NCBI GenBank assembly: GCA_048882325.1
Contig: JBHLRS010000017.1
Coordinates: 162-64,161, forward strand
Source of the DNA: Candidatus Thorarchaeota archaeon
Lineage (GTDB): Archaea; Asgardarchaeota; Thorarchaeia; Thorarchaeales; Thorarchaeaceae
Direction of reading: 5' to 3'
DNA length: 64,000 nucleotides
A program made the translations under genes and the position numbers. Every line of letters starts with the position of its first letter. The stretch's first letter is position 1. The notes under the pieces were generated by a model. It ran no database searches. It was not told the origin of the DNA and was given only the letters and a program-made list of their open reading frames with translations. Below, piece after piece: positions 1-9,336 of the stretch.

Positions 1-772
1 TTCAGCCAGAGTAAACGGGTATGATGTACTAAAGGAATCCACATACGCCAGAGCATCCATGGGCGTATGTCAGGGAAACGAAAGAAGCATCTATTGGAAA
101 CTGAGTGCGAGAGAGAATATGATATTCTTCGCAAAGCTCTACCGTATGCCGACCCACGAGGCAAAGGAACGGGCTGATGAGCTGTTGGCGAGGATGGGGC
201 TCTCAGAGAAAGCAGATGAAAAAGCAGAGAATTTGAGTCATGGTATGCGGATGAAGATCGTCTTCGCACGGTCGCTTATCCATGATCCACCCGTCTTGCT
301 TCTGGACGAGCCAACACAAGGTCTCGATCCAACCTTCGCATCAGACCTACGAAAATACATCCATGAGAAGCTGAAGGATAAAACCATCCTGTTGACTACG
401 CACTATATGCATGAGGCAGACATGCTCTGTGATAAAATCGCCCTCATCAACGAGGGAGAGATCAAGAGCTTTGGGTCACCTCATGATTTGAAGGAGGGAG
501 TCCGCGACTACGACAGTCTCCACATGAAGGTGGTTGGCACTCCTGACATCGACGTCATCAAAAAGATGGAGCAGGTCATGTCTGCGTCAATAAACACTCG
601 TAATGGTCACTCCGAGCTTGTCGTGACTGCGCAGAACGGATATGACATGGCACACAAGTTGCTCAACTACATGCACTCGACAGAGGGTGTTAAAGTCGAG
701 CACTTCGAAGTGAAGGAACCCACACTGGATGATGTGTTCCTCCAACTAACTGGAAGGAGGATTGAGGATTGA
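1..772 (+). CDS. ABC transporter ATP-binding protein (ABC-2/DrrA-like), 5' partial
   Basis: The frame is open from the window edge. The protein covers the Q-loop through the signature and Walker B regions (LSHGMRMKIVFARSL, LLLDEPTQGLD) and the H-loop (LLTTHYMHEA). It ends in a C-terminal extension typical of DrrA-type exporter ATPases. Walker A lies upstream of the window. Confidence 0.8.
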   Translation, partial: SARVNGYDVLKESTYARASMGVCQGNERSIYWKLSARENMIFFAKLYRMPTHEAKERADELLARMGLSEKADEKAENLSHGMRMKIVFARSLIHDPPVLLLDEPTQGLDPTFASDLRKYIHEKLKDKTILLTTHYMHEADMLCDKIALINEGEIKSFGSPHDLKEGVRDYDSLHMKVVGTPDIDVIKKMEQVMSASINTRNGHSELVVTAQNGYDMAHKLLNYMHSTEGVKVEHFEVKEPTLDDVFLQLTGRRIED

Positions 773-1671
773 CAGAAGTCACGCATGAGTCCATGAGAGA
801 AGGCGTCCATGAAACTAGTGAGTACCTAGACAGCTTCAGGCCTCGCGCCATGGACTGGACAGCCGCGCGGACCTTTGCAGTGAAGAACCTGAGGATTGCA
901 GTTCGGTATCCAGCCAATCTTTTCGTCTGGGGAATCTTACCAATCTTCTGGTTCGCACCATTCATCCTGATGGCAACCGCAATCGGTGGATCTGAAACCA
1001 GTAGTAACTTCATTGACATCTCAGGTTTTGATAACTACATTCAGTTTGTTGTAATCGGCTGGTTTGTGTACATGTACCTTGATACGTCGATCTGGGCAAT
1101 AGGAAACAACTTCCGTTGGGAGCAAATGTCAGGCACCCTTGAGCCACTTTTTAGTACTCCCGTGCCAAGAATTAGCATCCTCCTAGGTGCAGCTATATCT
1201 GACACGGTTCAAGGAACACTACAAGCTATAATCCTTCTCTGCATTTGCGTGTTCATGTTCGGTCTACAGTATGCTCTTGTCGCCATACTACCAACCATCA
1301 TCATATTGACATTGATGGTAATTACACTCTATGGGTTTAGCTTCATGCTGGCTGGTTTGATTCTCGTGTTCAAAGATCCTAGTGTCCTCACAGAGATGAT
1401 ATCAGAAATGACTTTCGTCGTTTCTCCTGTCAACTATCCAGTAAATGCATTACCTCGTTCAGTGCAGTTTGTCGCCTATCTGATTCCTACGACAATCGGT
1501 ATTATCACGATACGAGAGATAGCAATCAACGGGGCGATGAACTTGCTATCTTTTTCGCAAGTACTTGTGGGACTTGGGCTTCTTGCTGTGTGTTTCTGGG
1601 TCATCGGGATTGCAGTATTCAATTATGCAGAGAAATGGACCAAACAACGGGGACATATGGGAGGTTTCTGA
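769..1671 (+). CDS. ABC-2 type transporter permease
   Basis: 300 aa with about 6 predicted transmembrane helices. It overlaps the ATPase stop (ATGA-type coupling). ABC-2 permease-like hydropathy. Confidence 0.65.
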   Translation: MTEVTHESMREGVHETSEYLDSFRPRAMDWTAARTFAVKNLRIAVRYPANLFVWGILPIFWFAPFILMATAIGGSETSSNFIDISGFDNYIQFVVIGWFVYMYLDTSIWAIGNNFRWEQMSGTLEPLFSTPVPRISILLGAAISDTVQGTLQAIILLCICVFMFGLQYALVAILPTIIILTLMVITLYGFSFMLAGLILVFKDPSVLTEMISEMTFVVSPVNYPVNALPRSVQFVAYLIPTTIGIITIREIAINGAMNLLSFSQVLVGLGLLAVCFWVIGIAVFNYAEKWTKQRGHMGGF

Positions 1672-1672
1672 A

Positions 1673-2542
1673 ATGACGAAGCAATCAATCTTTGAGAAGA
1701 TGTGGGAACGAAAGGGATTAAGGTCAGAATTGAGAGCTGCCAGTGCTCTTGCTATAAAACAGTGGAAAGTGGAATTCAGCTATCCACTATCAGTGCTCTG
1801 GTTTATCGTAATGCCTTTTCTCTGGTTCATTCCTTCACTCATAGCAGGTACTGCGATAACAGGGGGCTCTGACTCGGTACATCTTGCTGAAATCGCAGGA
1901 ACCACTGATTGGTTGACCTACATTGCTATCGGCAGTGCATACGCTGGACTAGCTGTTAGTTTAATCTGGGGTACTGGTTTTGCGCTCAGAAGAGAGCAGA
2001 ATGTTGGGACTTTAGAAACCTTAATGACAACTCCAATGAAAAGGAACACACTTGTATGGGGATCTACACTCCATAACATTCAACATGGAGGATTAGGAGT
2101 AATCCTTCAGCTAGGTGCATCAATCATCTTGTTTGGTGTAAGTCTGAATATCTGGGGAATCCTACCTGCTCTTGGAATCATAGGACTCTCAATTATCGGC
2201 TTACAAGGTCTTATCTTTACAGTGGTTTGCATTATACTCCTTGCAAAACAAGCTTGGATGGTAGTAGAGTTTCTCTCTAGTATTCTATTCCTTGTTGCTC
2301 CTATGACATACCCAATCGTGGTGCTTCCACCATTCCTGCAGTATATCTCCTTTGGCTCTCCACTGACATGGAGCATTGAGGGATTCAGAGGATTTCTGAT
2401 GGGCTCACTGTCTGGACCTGCTATTCTTTACATAGTCGGAGTACTCATTGTACTTGATGTCATATTCATCATTACTGGAACTGTAATGTTTCGATACGCT
2501 GAGAGATATGTCAGAGCAAGAGGCGCACTATCGCAATTCTAA
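1673..2542 (+). CDS. ABC-2 type transporter permease (second paralog)
   Basis: Start refined to the ATG at 1673 (MTKQSIF), preceded by GGAGG. The track ORF 1565 would overlap the upstream gene. Polytopic membrane protein paralogous to the preceding permease. Confidence 0.65.
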   Translation: MTKQSIFEKMWERKGLRSELRAASALAIKQWKVEFSYPLSVLWFIVMPFLWFIPSLIAGTAITGGSDSVHLAEIAGTTDWLTYIAIGSAYAGLAVSLIWGTGFALRREQNVGTLETLMTTPMKRNTLVWGSTLHNIQHGGLGVILQLGASIILFGVSLNIWGILPALGIIGLSIIGLQGLIFTVVCIILLAKQAWMVVEFLSSILFLVAPMTYPIVVLPPFLQYISFGSPLTWSIEGFRGFLMGSLSGPAILYIVGVLIVLDVIFIITGTVMFRYAERYVRARGALSQF

Positions 2543-2681
2543 TTCGGTGGTCGAGGGTACTCCTACTCAAGTTTCATGTGGAAATCATTGAGGGCATGCA
2601 AAACCATTATTAACCACATGTATTGGTTCGAGCCTTGTTCAGGTGGCTGATTAGACCTCAGTCCCTATAGGAAATGATTCA

Positions 2682-3827
2682 ATGATTGCTCCTCATGGTG
2701 GTAAACTGGTAAATCTAACAGCTTCTGAAGAAAAGAGATTAAAGTTACTAAACGAATTCTCAGACCTCCACCCTATTGCTGTCAATTATGAAATAGCTCA
2801 AGAAATTGATAACATCTCAAAAGGCGTCTTCAGTCCGCTTGAGGGATTCCTTTCTCGAAATGACTTTGAAGCGGTCTTGAAGGAAGGCCGTCTCGAAGAT
2901 GGTACTGCCTGGACTATCCCTATTGTTCTGGATGTTAATAAGGAAGAGCTTGAAGGAAGAAAAGCTGGTGATGACATTGGAATCCAGCTCAATGGAAGTC
3001 CAATCGCAATGCTGAAGATTGAGGATCTCTACGAGTATGATAGGAGCGACTTCGCTCAATCAGTTTACAGTACAACAGATGTGGACCATCCAGCTGTGGC
3101 AAAGATCAATGAGCTGAAGGACATCCTCGTAGGAGGACAGCTGACATTTCTCAATGATATTGGGAATCCGTACCCTGATTATACTCGAACTCCTGCAGAA
3201 ACAAGAGAGTTATTCCAGAAGAAAGGATGGAAGACTGTTGTGGCGTTCCAGACACGGAACACTCCACATCTTGGACATGAGTATGTTCAGAAAACTGCTC
3301 TTTCTATAGTTGATGGTCTCTTCATCAACCCATTGATTGGGAAAAAGAAGAGTGGAGACTTTCGTGATGATGTAATCCTCGAGTCCTATAAAGCACTCAT
3401 GGAGAACTACTATCCAGAAACATCAACTACAATGTCCGTACTTCACACTGAGATGAGATATGGAGGACCAAAGGAAGCAATCCATCATGCAATCATGAGA
3501 AAGAACTTTGGTTGTACACATTTCATAGTAGGAAGAGATCATGCTGGAGTCGGGGACTATTATGGTCCATTTGATGCACACGCAATCTTCGATGACTACC
3601 CCGATCTTGGCATCACTCCGATTATGTTTAGATCATTCTTCTATTGCAAGAAGTGTGCAAGTATTGCAAATGACAAGGTTTGTCCACATTCTGGAGATAA
3701 CATCGTCAATTTCGCAGGTAGAAAAATCCGTGAGATGCTTTCAAACGGAGAACCGCCGCCACTGGACATGATGAGAAAAGAGGTTGCGGAAACAATACTA
3801 AGCTACGAAAATCCTTTCGTCGAATAA
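2682..3827 (+). CDS. sat: sulfate adenylyltransferase (ATP sulfurylase)
   Basis: Hallmark motifs QTRNTPHLGHEY and GRDHAG. 381 aa, homo-oligomeric ATP-sulfurylase type. Confidence 0.9.
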   Translation: MIAPHGGKLVNLTASEEKRLKLLNEFSDLHPIAVNYEIAQEIDNISKGVFSPLEGFLSRNDFEAVLKEGRLEDGTAWTIPIVLDVNKEELEGRKAGDDIGIQLNGSPIAMLKIEDLYEYDRSDFAQSVYSTTDVDHPAVAKINELKDILVGGQLTFLNDIGNPYPDYTRTPAETRELFQKKGWKTVVAFQTRNTPHLGHEYVQKTALSIVDGLFINPLIGKKKSGDFRDDVILESYKALMENYYPETSTTMSVLHTEMRYGGPKEAIHHAIMRKNFGCTHFIVGRDHAGVGDYYGPFDAHAIFDDYPDLGITPIMFRSFFYCKKCASIANDKVCPHSGDNIVNFAGRKIREMLSNGEPPPLDMMRKEVAETILSYENPFVE

Positions 3828-3839
3828 CATCAAACAGGA

Positions 3840-4376
3840 ATGATATCAATGGATACAGGTTTTTGTATTTGGCTAACTGGTTTGTCAGGTAGCGGTAAAA
3901 CAACTATTGCCCAGGAACTTAAGAAAAGACTACACAACTCAAGGCACATCGAAGTCATGGATGGTGATGAAATCAGGAAAGGCTTGAGCCGAGATCTTGG
4001 TTTTACAAAGGAGGACCGGAACGAACACAATCGACGAGTGATTTTCTGCTCTAAGTTATTGGCACGCAATGGAGTCATCGTCGTTGTTGCGTTAATTTCA
4101 CCCTATCGTGAAACACGGGCGTACGCAAAGGAGCAAATTCAAAACACATTCGAGGTGTTTGTGAAAGCACCAATCGATGTCTGTATTGAGAGAGACCCCA
4201 AAGGGCTATACAAGAAAGCGCTTGCAGGAGAAATCAAGCAGTTCACAGGTATCGATGATCCATACGAGGAGCCACTTGATGCAGACATAGTCGTGGAGAC
4301 TGACAAGGAAACGGTCGAGGTATCAGTTGACAAGATTCTATCAGTCATTCGTGAAAAAGGCCTCTTGCCAGAATAG
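3840..4376 (+). CDS. cysC: adenylylsulfate (APS) kinase
   Basis: P-loop LTGLSGSGKTT close to the N-terminus. 178 aa. Lies immediately downstream of sat. Confidence 0.9.
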   Translation: MISMDTGFCIWLTGLSGSGKTTIAQELKKRLHNSRHIEVMDGDEIRKGLSRDLGFTKEDRNEHNRRVIFCSKLLARNGVIVVVALISPYRETRAYAKEQIQNTFEVFVKAPIDVCIERDPKGLYKKALAGEIKQFTGIDDPYEEPLDADIVVETDKETVEVSVDKILSVIREKGLLPE

Positions 4377-4394
4377 TCATAGGTTGACTGCCAA

Positions 4395-5528
4395 ATGAAA
4401 ATCAAGAGAAGAGAGAGTGACAAAGCACAGTTTGAGTTTCCAACTCCTATGTACTATATTGCAAAATTGGCAAAGTCAGTCCCAGCTTTTGCAGACCTTC
4501 TCCATACTCTTGAATTCCGCAAATATGGAAAGCAACTTGAGTCATATCAAGTTGATAGACCAATCTTTGTGACAGGTATCGCTAGAGCGGGAACAACAAT
4601 AACGTTGGAGATGCTAAGTCACCATCCTGATGTGGCATACCATCGATACCTCCACATGGTTTTGCCGTATGCTCCACATTGGATACAACAGATTGCAGAT
4701 AAGACTCCGATAATGTTGGCCTTTACAGAACGCATTCACAAAGACAGAATCGAGGTTAATAGGACTAGTCCAGAAGCAGTTGAAGAAATCTTTTGGCAGC
4801 GATACTTCAAAGACACCTTGAATGAATCAAAGTCAAACGTTCTTAGAGCTGAGGTTTCTAATCCGGAGTTTGAATCATTCTACAAGGAACATATCCGGAA
4901 ATTACTGGCAGATCAAAAGAGGATAAGATACGCCGCCAAGAACAACTACAATGTCACCAGAATGGAGTACATTCAGAAGATCTTGCCTGATGTCAAGTTC
5001 GTCATCATAGTTCGAAATCCTTTCGACCACATAGCATCACTATCAAAACAGGATATCATATTTCGTGAGATCGAGGAACAAGACCCACGTTTATTGGATT
5101 GGACCAAGATTATTGGACATCGAGAGTTCGGTGGTGCAAAAATCTGTATCAATGTTGATGATACTGACCTGGTCGAGGAGATTAGAAATGACTGGTCAAA
5201 CAAGAACACCTATGTCGAGGGCTGGGCTAAGTACTGGGCGTCAATATACTCACATGTTCATCAAACATTGAAGAACAACCAGCAACTGGCAAAAGCATCC
5301 TTGGTTGTCCGCTATGAAACTCTATGTGAATCTCCTGACAAAACAATCGATAAAATCTTTGAACATGTAGAATTGGAAATCAAGAAATTCAAAGAAAAAC
5401 AACATTATGTGGAAACTCTACGTCCACCATCATACTATTCAGTCCAATACACTGATGCAGAAAAAGAAAGCATCAGGAGAATCTGTGGACCCGTTGCTAA
5501 ACTCTTTGGTTATGACCTAGGTTCTTGA
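4395..5528 (+). CDS. PAPS-dependent sulfotransferase family protein
   Basis: 5'-phosphosulfate-binding-like motif GIARAGTT and 3'-phosphate-binding-like motif VIIVRNPFDHIAS. Located immediately after sat-cysC. Confidence 0.7.
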   Translation: MKIKRRESDKAQFEFPTPMYYIAKLAKSVPAFADLLHTLEFRKYGKQLESYQVDRPIFVTGIARAGTTITLEMLSHHPDVAYHRYLHMVLPYAPHWIQQIADKTPIMLAFTERIHKDRIEVNRTSPEAVEEIFWQRYFKDTLNESKSNVLRAEVSNPEFESFYKEHIRKLLADQKRIRYAAKNNYNVTRMEYIQKILPDVKFVIIVRNPFDHIASLSKQDIIFREIEEQDPRLLDWTKIIGHREFGGAKICINVDDTDLVEEIRNDWSNKNTYVEGWAKYWASIYSHVHQTLKNNQQLAKASLVVRYETLCESPDKTIDKIFEHVELEIKKFKEKQHYVETLRPPSYYSVQYTDAEKESIRRICGPVAKLFGYDLGS

Positions 5529-6333
5529 TTTCTTCAAGACATCCATGAAGCACATTGTATCCATGCACCACAATTTTCCGAAAGTCTGAGTGATTCGTGA
5601 ATTTAGACAAAAAGAGACGCCATCCAGTTTCATAGAAGTTCTTGTAGGAATCTGCAATCGATTCATACCCATTAGCTCTTAATTCCTTGACAATCCTTGT
5701 TCGGTTCCATTTCCAAACATAAAGTGGACTAGGATGGTTCTGTGTTAGAAGTCGTATGGGAGCAGGTGAAACTCTCCAATTCATTCCTCTCAACATCTGC
5801 CAAAAGTCGAGACCAACACGATCAAAAGCTTGTCGAGGTAGATCGCCAAGATACTCTTCGAGACCCAACATCTCTTTTCTATCTCCTCTACGGACATCCT
5901 CAAGTTTTGGCAATTTCGCGTCATCAGGAGAACCGACCATAGCATGGACATCACCAACCTGAGGAAGAATGAACATTGGGTCATTTAGGTTGGGGTTGAG
6001 ATGAACAATCTGAATGCGGGGTATGTGAAGAAATTCACTCTTCGCCGATACAAATCTCTCTTCGAATTCTTCACATACATTGATTGATGCAAAAAACCCA
6101 TCGTATGTTTCAGGGAACAGAGGATTTGAGTCGGTCATCTTGATATGTATATCAAGATCACTAATGATTGGCACATAATCAACCAGAGTTCTCCATTGCT
6201 TCACAGCAGATCCTTTAGCGTAAGCGTACTCGAGTCGTGGTCCAAATACATCCTTTAGTACTGTTGCCCAAATATCAAGAGCAAGGAGAACATCCTCCTT
6301 AGCCTGCTTCATTTGTTCTTCCCAATCTGGCAT
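5497..6333 (-). CDS. hypothetical protein, possible Pol-beta-like nucleotidyltransferase fold
   Basis: Start refined to the ATG at 6333 (MPDWEEQ). The first 52 codons of the track ORF are Cys-rich junk and overlap the divergent MFS gene. Contains KGS...ISDLDIHI, a loose hG[GS]x(n)DhD nucleotidyltransferase-like motif. Overlaps the sulfotransferase 3' end convergently by about 32 nt. Confidence 0.4.
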   Translation of the reverse strand: MPDWEEQMKQAKEDVLLALDIWATVLKDVFGPRLEYAYAKGSAVKQWRTLVDYVPIISDLDIHIKMTDSNPLFPETYDGFFASINVCEEFEERFVSAKSEFLHIPRIQIVHLNPNLNDPMFILPQVGDVHAMVGSPDDAKLPKLEDVRRGDRKEMLGLEEYLGDLPRQAFDRVGLDFWQMLRGMNWRVSPAPIRLLTQNHPSPLYVWKWNRTRIVKELRANGYESIADSYKNFYETGWRLFLSKFTNHSDFRKIVVHGYNVLHGCLEEIKNLGHNQRV

Positions 6334-6459
6334 GGGACGATTCTCAAGTTCCACCTTGAAAATGGTTTCGCACGGACCACAAAGGCAATTAAGCTGTTGG
6401 GATTGACAGGTGAAGATACATCTTACAATCAGACGAAGCTTGAAGAAGATGGTCCATTG

Positions 6460-7932
6460 ATGAATCCACAGACTGATGCAAATCCTCAACCTCCAACGCC
6501 CGGACCGTATAAGATAGTGGCAGCCACGAGTTTTGGTGTATTCCTTAGTGCATTGGATGCCTCAATTGTCAATGTTTCTCTTGTAACAATCAAGGATGAT
6601 CTGGGTGTTTCAATGGCAGCAATCCAGTGGGTTGTTGTTGCATATTTGCTGATTGTTACATCTGCTATGCCACTCATGGGGAAGGTTGGAGACAGACTTG
6701 GAAAAACAAAGGTCTTCCAACTTGGGATGCTCGTGTTTGTTGGTGGCTCATTGCTGTGTGCTTTTTCAGTTGGTCTCGGAATGCTTGTAGCAGCACGAAT
6801 TTTTCAAGCTCTTGGGGCTAGTATGATCTCAGCCAATGGATTGGCACTAGTAACTTACTTCACAACGACTCAGAACCGAGGTCGAGCTATTGGGATGAAC
6901 TCAATTGTACTTGCAGCCGCCTTAGGATTTGGGCCTGTGCTAGGTGGGTTCTTGAGTCAGTTCTATGGCTGGCCGAGTATCTTCTTGGTCAATTTACCGA
7001 TTGGCCTTATAGGATTCTTAGTAGTACAGTTCGTCGTACCCGAAACAGAACCAGTCAAGGAGATAAAGTTCGATACTCCTGGAGCTATTCTATTCTTCAG
7101 CTTCCTGTTCATTTTGATATACTTCTTCACTGTAGCTGCATCGATACCTTTTGGAATAGGGCTATTATTAGTGGAAGGCTTCTTCATTTCGTTACTTGCA
7201 TTTCTCATTCGAGAGCGTTCATTCCACTCGCCAATTATCGCTACAGGAGTTCTAGCTGATAAAAGAATATCAACAAGCATTTTTTCCGCACTACTAGCAT
7301 ATATGGCAATGGTACCAATCTCATTCTTGTTGCCATTTTATCTTCAAGAAGCACTTGATTTTACTCAGTCAGTGACTGGGATTTTTCTGATGGTTCAACC
7401 CATAATGATCTCAGTGACAGGGCCAATTGCAGGCTTCGTGTCAGAGAGATGGTGCGCAAAGAACCAAACTGTTGTAGGTCTTCTTGTTCAATTGACGGGA
7501 CTTGCATTCATCGCCCTAGCCATTCCAAATGTCCTACTAATGGCTGTAGGTATCGCAATTATGGGAACAGGTCTATCGTTCTTCAGCGTGGCTAATGGAA
7601 ATTTCATAATGACTGCGGCTCCAAAACAGTATATGGGAGTCGTCAGTGCTTTGACAAACATTGCAAGGACTACAGGTTTCTCAGTTGCTACAGCACTAGT
7701 GACAACTATATTTGGAATATTCTTTCTAACAACCAATCCAGACGGAGTGACAACAGGACCACTTTATACCGCAAGCTATGGTCAGGCAGTCGAACTGACA
7801 ATATGGGTCTTCACAATACTCGTCATCATATCAGCGATTATTTCATCTAGGAGAGGATTGAATCCTTGTGAAGCTGAACGTATGAGTAGCGAGATTACGA
7901 TTGCTCCTATAGACCAAATTCCTCAGCGATGA
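6460..7932 (+). CDS. MFS transporter (drug:H+ antiporter-like, about 14 TM)
   Basis: Start refined to the ATG at 6460 (MNPQTD). Multiple transmembrane helices and MFS motif-like GKVGDRLGKTKV after TM2. Confidence 0.7.
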   Translation: MNPQTDANPQPPTPGPYKIVAATSFGVFLSALDASIVNVSLVTIKDDLGVSMAAIQWVVVAYLLIVTSAMPLMGKVGDRLGKTKVFQLGMLVFVGGSLLCAFSVGLGMLVAARIFQALGASMISANGLALVTYFTTTQNRGRAIGMNSIVLAAALGFGPVLGGFLSQFYGWPSIFLVNLPIGLIGFLVVQFVVPETEPVKEIKFDTPGAILFFSFLFILIYFFTVAASIPFGIGLLLVEGFFISLLAFLIRERSFHSPIIATGVLADKRISTSIFSALLAYMAMVPISFLLPFYLQEALDFTQSVTGIFLMVQPIMISVTGPIAGFVSERWCAKNQTVVGLLVQLTGLAFIALAIPNVLLMAVGIAIMGTGLSFFSVANGNFIMTAAPKQYMGVVSALTNIARTTGFSVATALVTTIFGIFFLTTNPDGVTTGPLYTASYGQAVELTIWVFTILVIISAIISSRRGLNPCEAERMSSEITIAPIDQIPQR

Positions 7933-9235
7933 ATAACACTCTTCTTCTGAAGTCTGGATGGGATAGAGTGAGGAGGTTGACGCCAACCTCGCGATCAAAG
8001 AGCATCTTTCTGGGATTTTCGCGGAGAATTTTGAGGAGGTCAGTCAGTTCTTCGGTTGAAAGACGGCGATCTTCATCATAGTCAACCTTCCGCCAGTCCA
8101 CCCGTCTCATCTCTTTGGTAGTTTCCGATACTGGTTTTGCATCATCTCTCTTCTTCTGCAAACCGGGAACTGCAGTATCAACCGCCATCTGAATTTGTTC
8201 ATCTGTAAGTTGTATACCATAGACATCTCGCATATGCTTCAGCTTAGTTGAGAGAAAAACACCGGGTGCAACTTGTCGTGCATTCATCTCATCAATACCA
8301 TCTAGAGGATAATGAGTAATTATCCGCATGAGTTCAGCGTTTGATATTGTTCCAGTCCTTTCAGGATTGAGAGATTCCAACCATCGGACTTCTTCAATTA
8401 GAACAGTTATTGTTTCAACTCTCTGACCTAAGCGAATGAGTGCATTTATCGTTGCTTCGTGACCAAGTACTGAAGCCGCATGATAGTCGCTCATCAACTC
8501 AGCTGAGCGTGAAGCTTTTTGCATGAACAATTTACTAACGGTAGCCAGTATTCTAGAGAGGAGGAAGAACCCTCCAAGTACCAGAAGACGTATTCCAGCT
8601 AAGACCAAGTCAGCATCCAAGAATACTGCACTTGCAACACCAACTGCGATTAGGATGTAGAGATATAGATAGATTAGGTCAATGAAGAAAGAGGGCATTT
8701 TTGTGAATATTTGAACCAATGAATCTCGATTTGCGATGTGGCCTAGTTCATGTGAGATGATTGCCTTTACCTCATCTTCATTCAGGACATCTAACGTGTT
8801 ACTGTTCACAACAACAGTGGAACCTAACAGAGGCAAACTGAAAGTGAATGCATTCGGTAAAGGTGAGTTCATCAGATAGATCTTATTCACATTGACCTTG
8901 CTCTGCTTCGCGAGATCTTGTGTCCATGCAACGATGTCATCACGAGAGTATCGACTCCTCCACTCAGTCGCCTCGTCGTATTCGGGATACAACCGTATCA
9001 GATCTTTTTGATTCAACATCTGAGTTGCAGTGGCATATAGCATAACGATTTGCATCAAACCTATACCTACAAACAATGAAGCAGAAACAAATGCGTTTGA
9101 CCGCGAAAAATCAATTCCAACAATGAATATAGGATGATCAGTGTTCAAGACAGATACGATTAGAATCTGGACAATATCCAATATGAGAAATGCATAGATT
9201 GCTATCCACTTTCGACGATTAACTTCCTCAATCAT
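7907..9235 (-). CDS. M48 family zinc metalloprotease (HtpX-like) with C-terminal extension
   Basis: N-terminal transmembrane helices, HEXXH motif (ISHELGHIANRDS), further membrane segments, and a soluble C-terminal tail of about 200 aa. Confidence 0.75.
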   Translation of the reverse strand: MIEEVNRRKWIAIYAFLILDIVQILIVSVLNTDHPIFIVGIDFSRSNAFVSASLFVGIGLMQIVMLYATATQMLNQKDLIRLYPEYDEATEWRSRYSRDDIVAWTQDLAKQSKVNVNKIYLMNSPLPNAFTFSLPLLGSTVVVNSNTLDVLNEDEVKAIISHELGHIANRDSLVQIFTKMPSFFIDLIYLYLYILIAVGVASAVFLDADLVLAGIRLLVLGGFFLLSRILATVSKLFMQKASRSAELMSDYHAASVLGHEATINALIRLGQRVETITVLIEEVRWLESLNPERTGTISNAELMRIITHYPLDGIDEMNARQVAPGVFLSTKLKHMRDVYGIQLTDEQIQMAVDTAVPGLQKKRDDAKPVSETTKEMRRVDWRKVDYDEDRRLSTEELTDLLKILRENPRKMLFDREVGVNLLTLSHPDFRRRVLFIAEEFGL

Positions 9236-9336
9236 CTTCCTGACCTATGTGTGAGCATGAATGAGTAGTTTTTAACTATACGGTAGAACCTCCTAATTCA
9301 CAGGCTTTATCACCGGGATTTTTCCATGATGGTTCG

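Noticed and set aside
2600-2660. tRNA-like T-arm motif (GGTTCGAGCC) in the intergenic region upstream of sat
   Set aside because: No acceptor stem, anticodon arm or CCA-compatible pairing could be built on either strand. Probably chance.
6334-6489. N-terminal 52 codons of track ORF 5497..6489
   Set aside because: This is Cys-rich nonsense sequence that would overlap the divergent MFS start. A good internal ATG at 6333 gives a sensible protein start.
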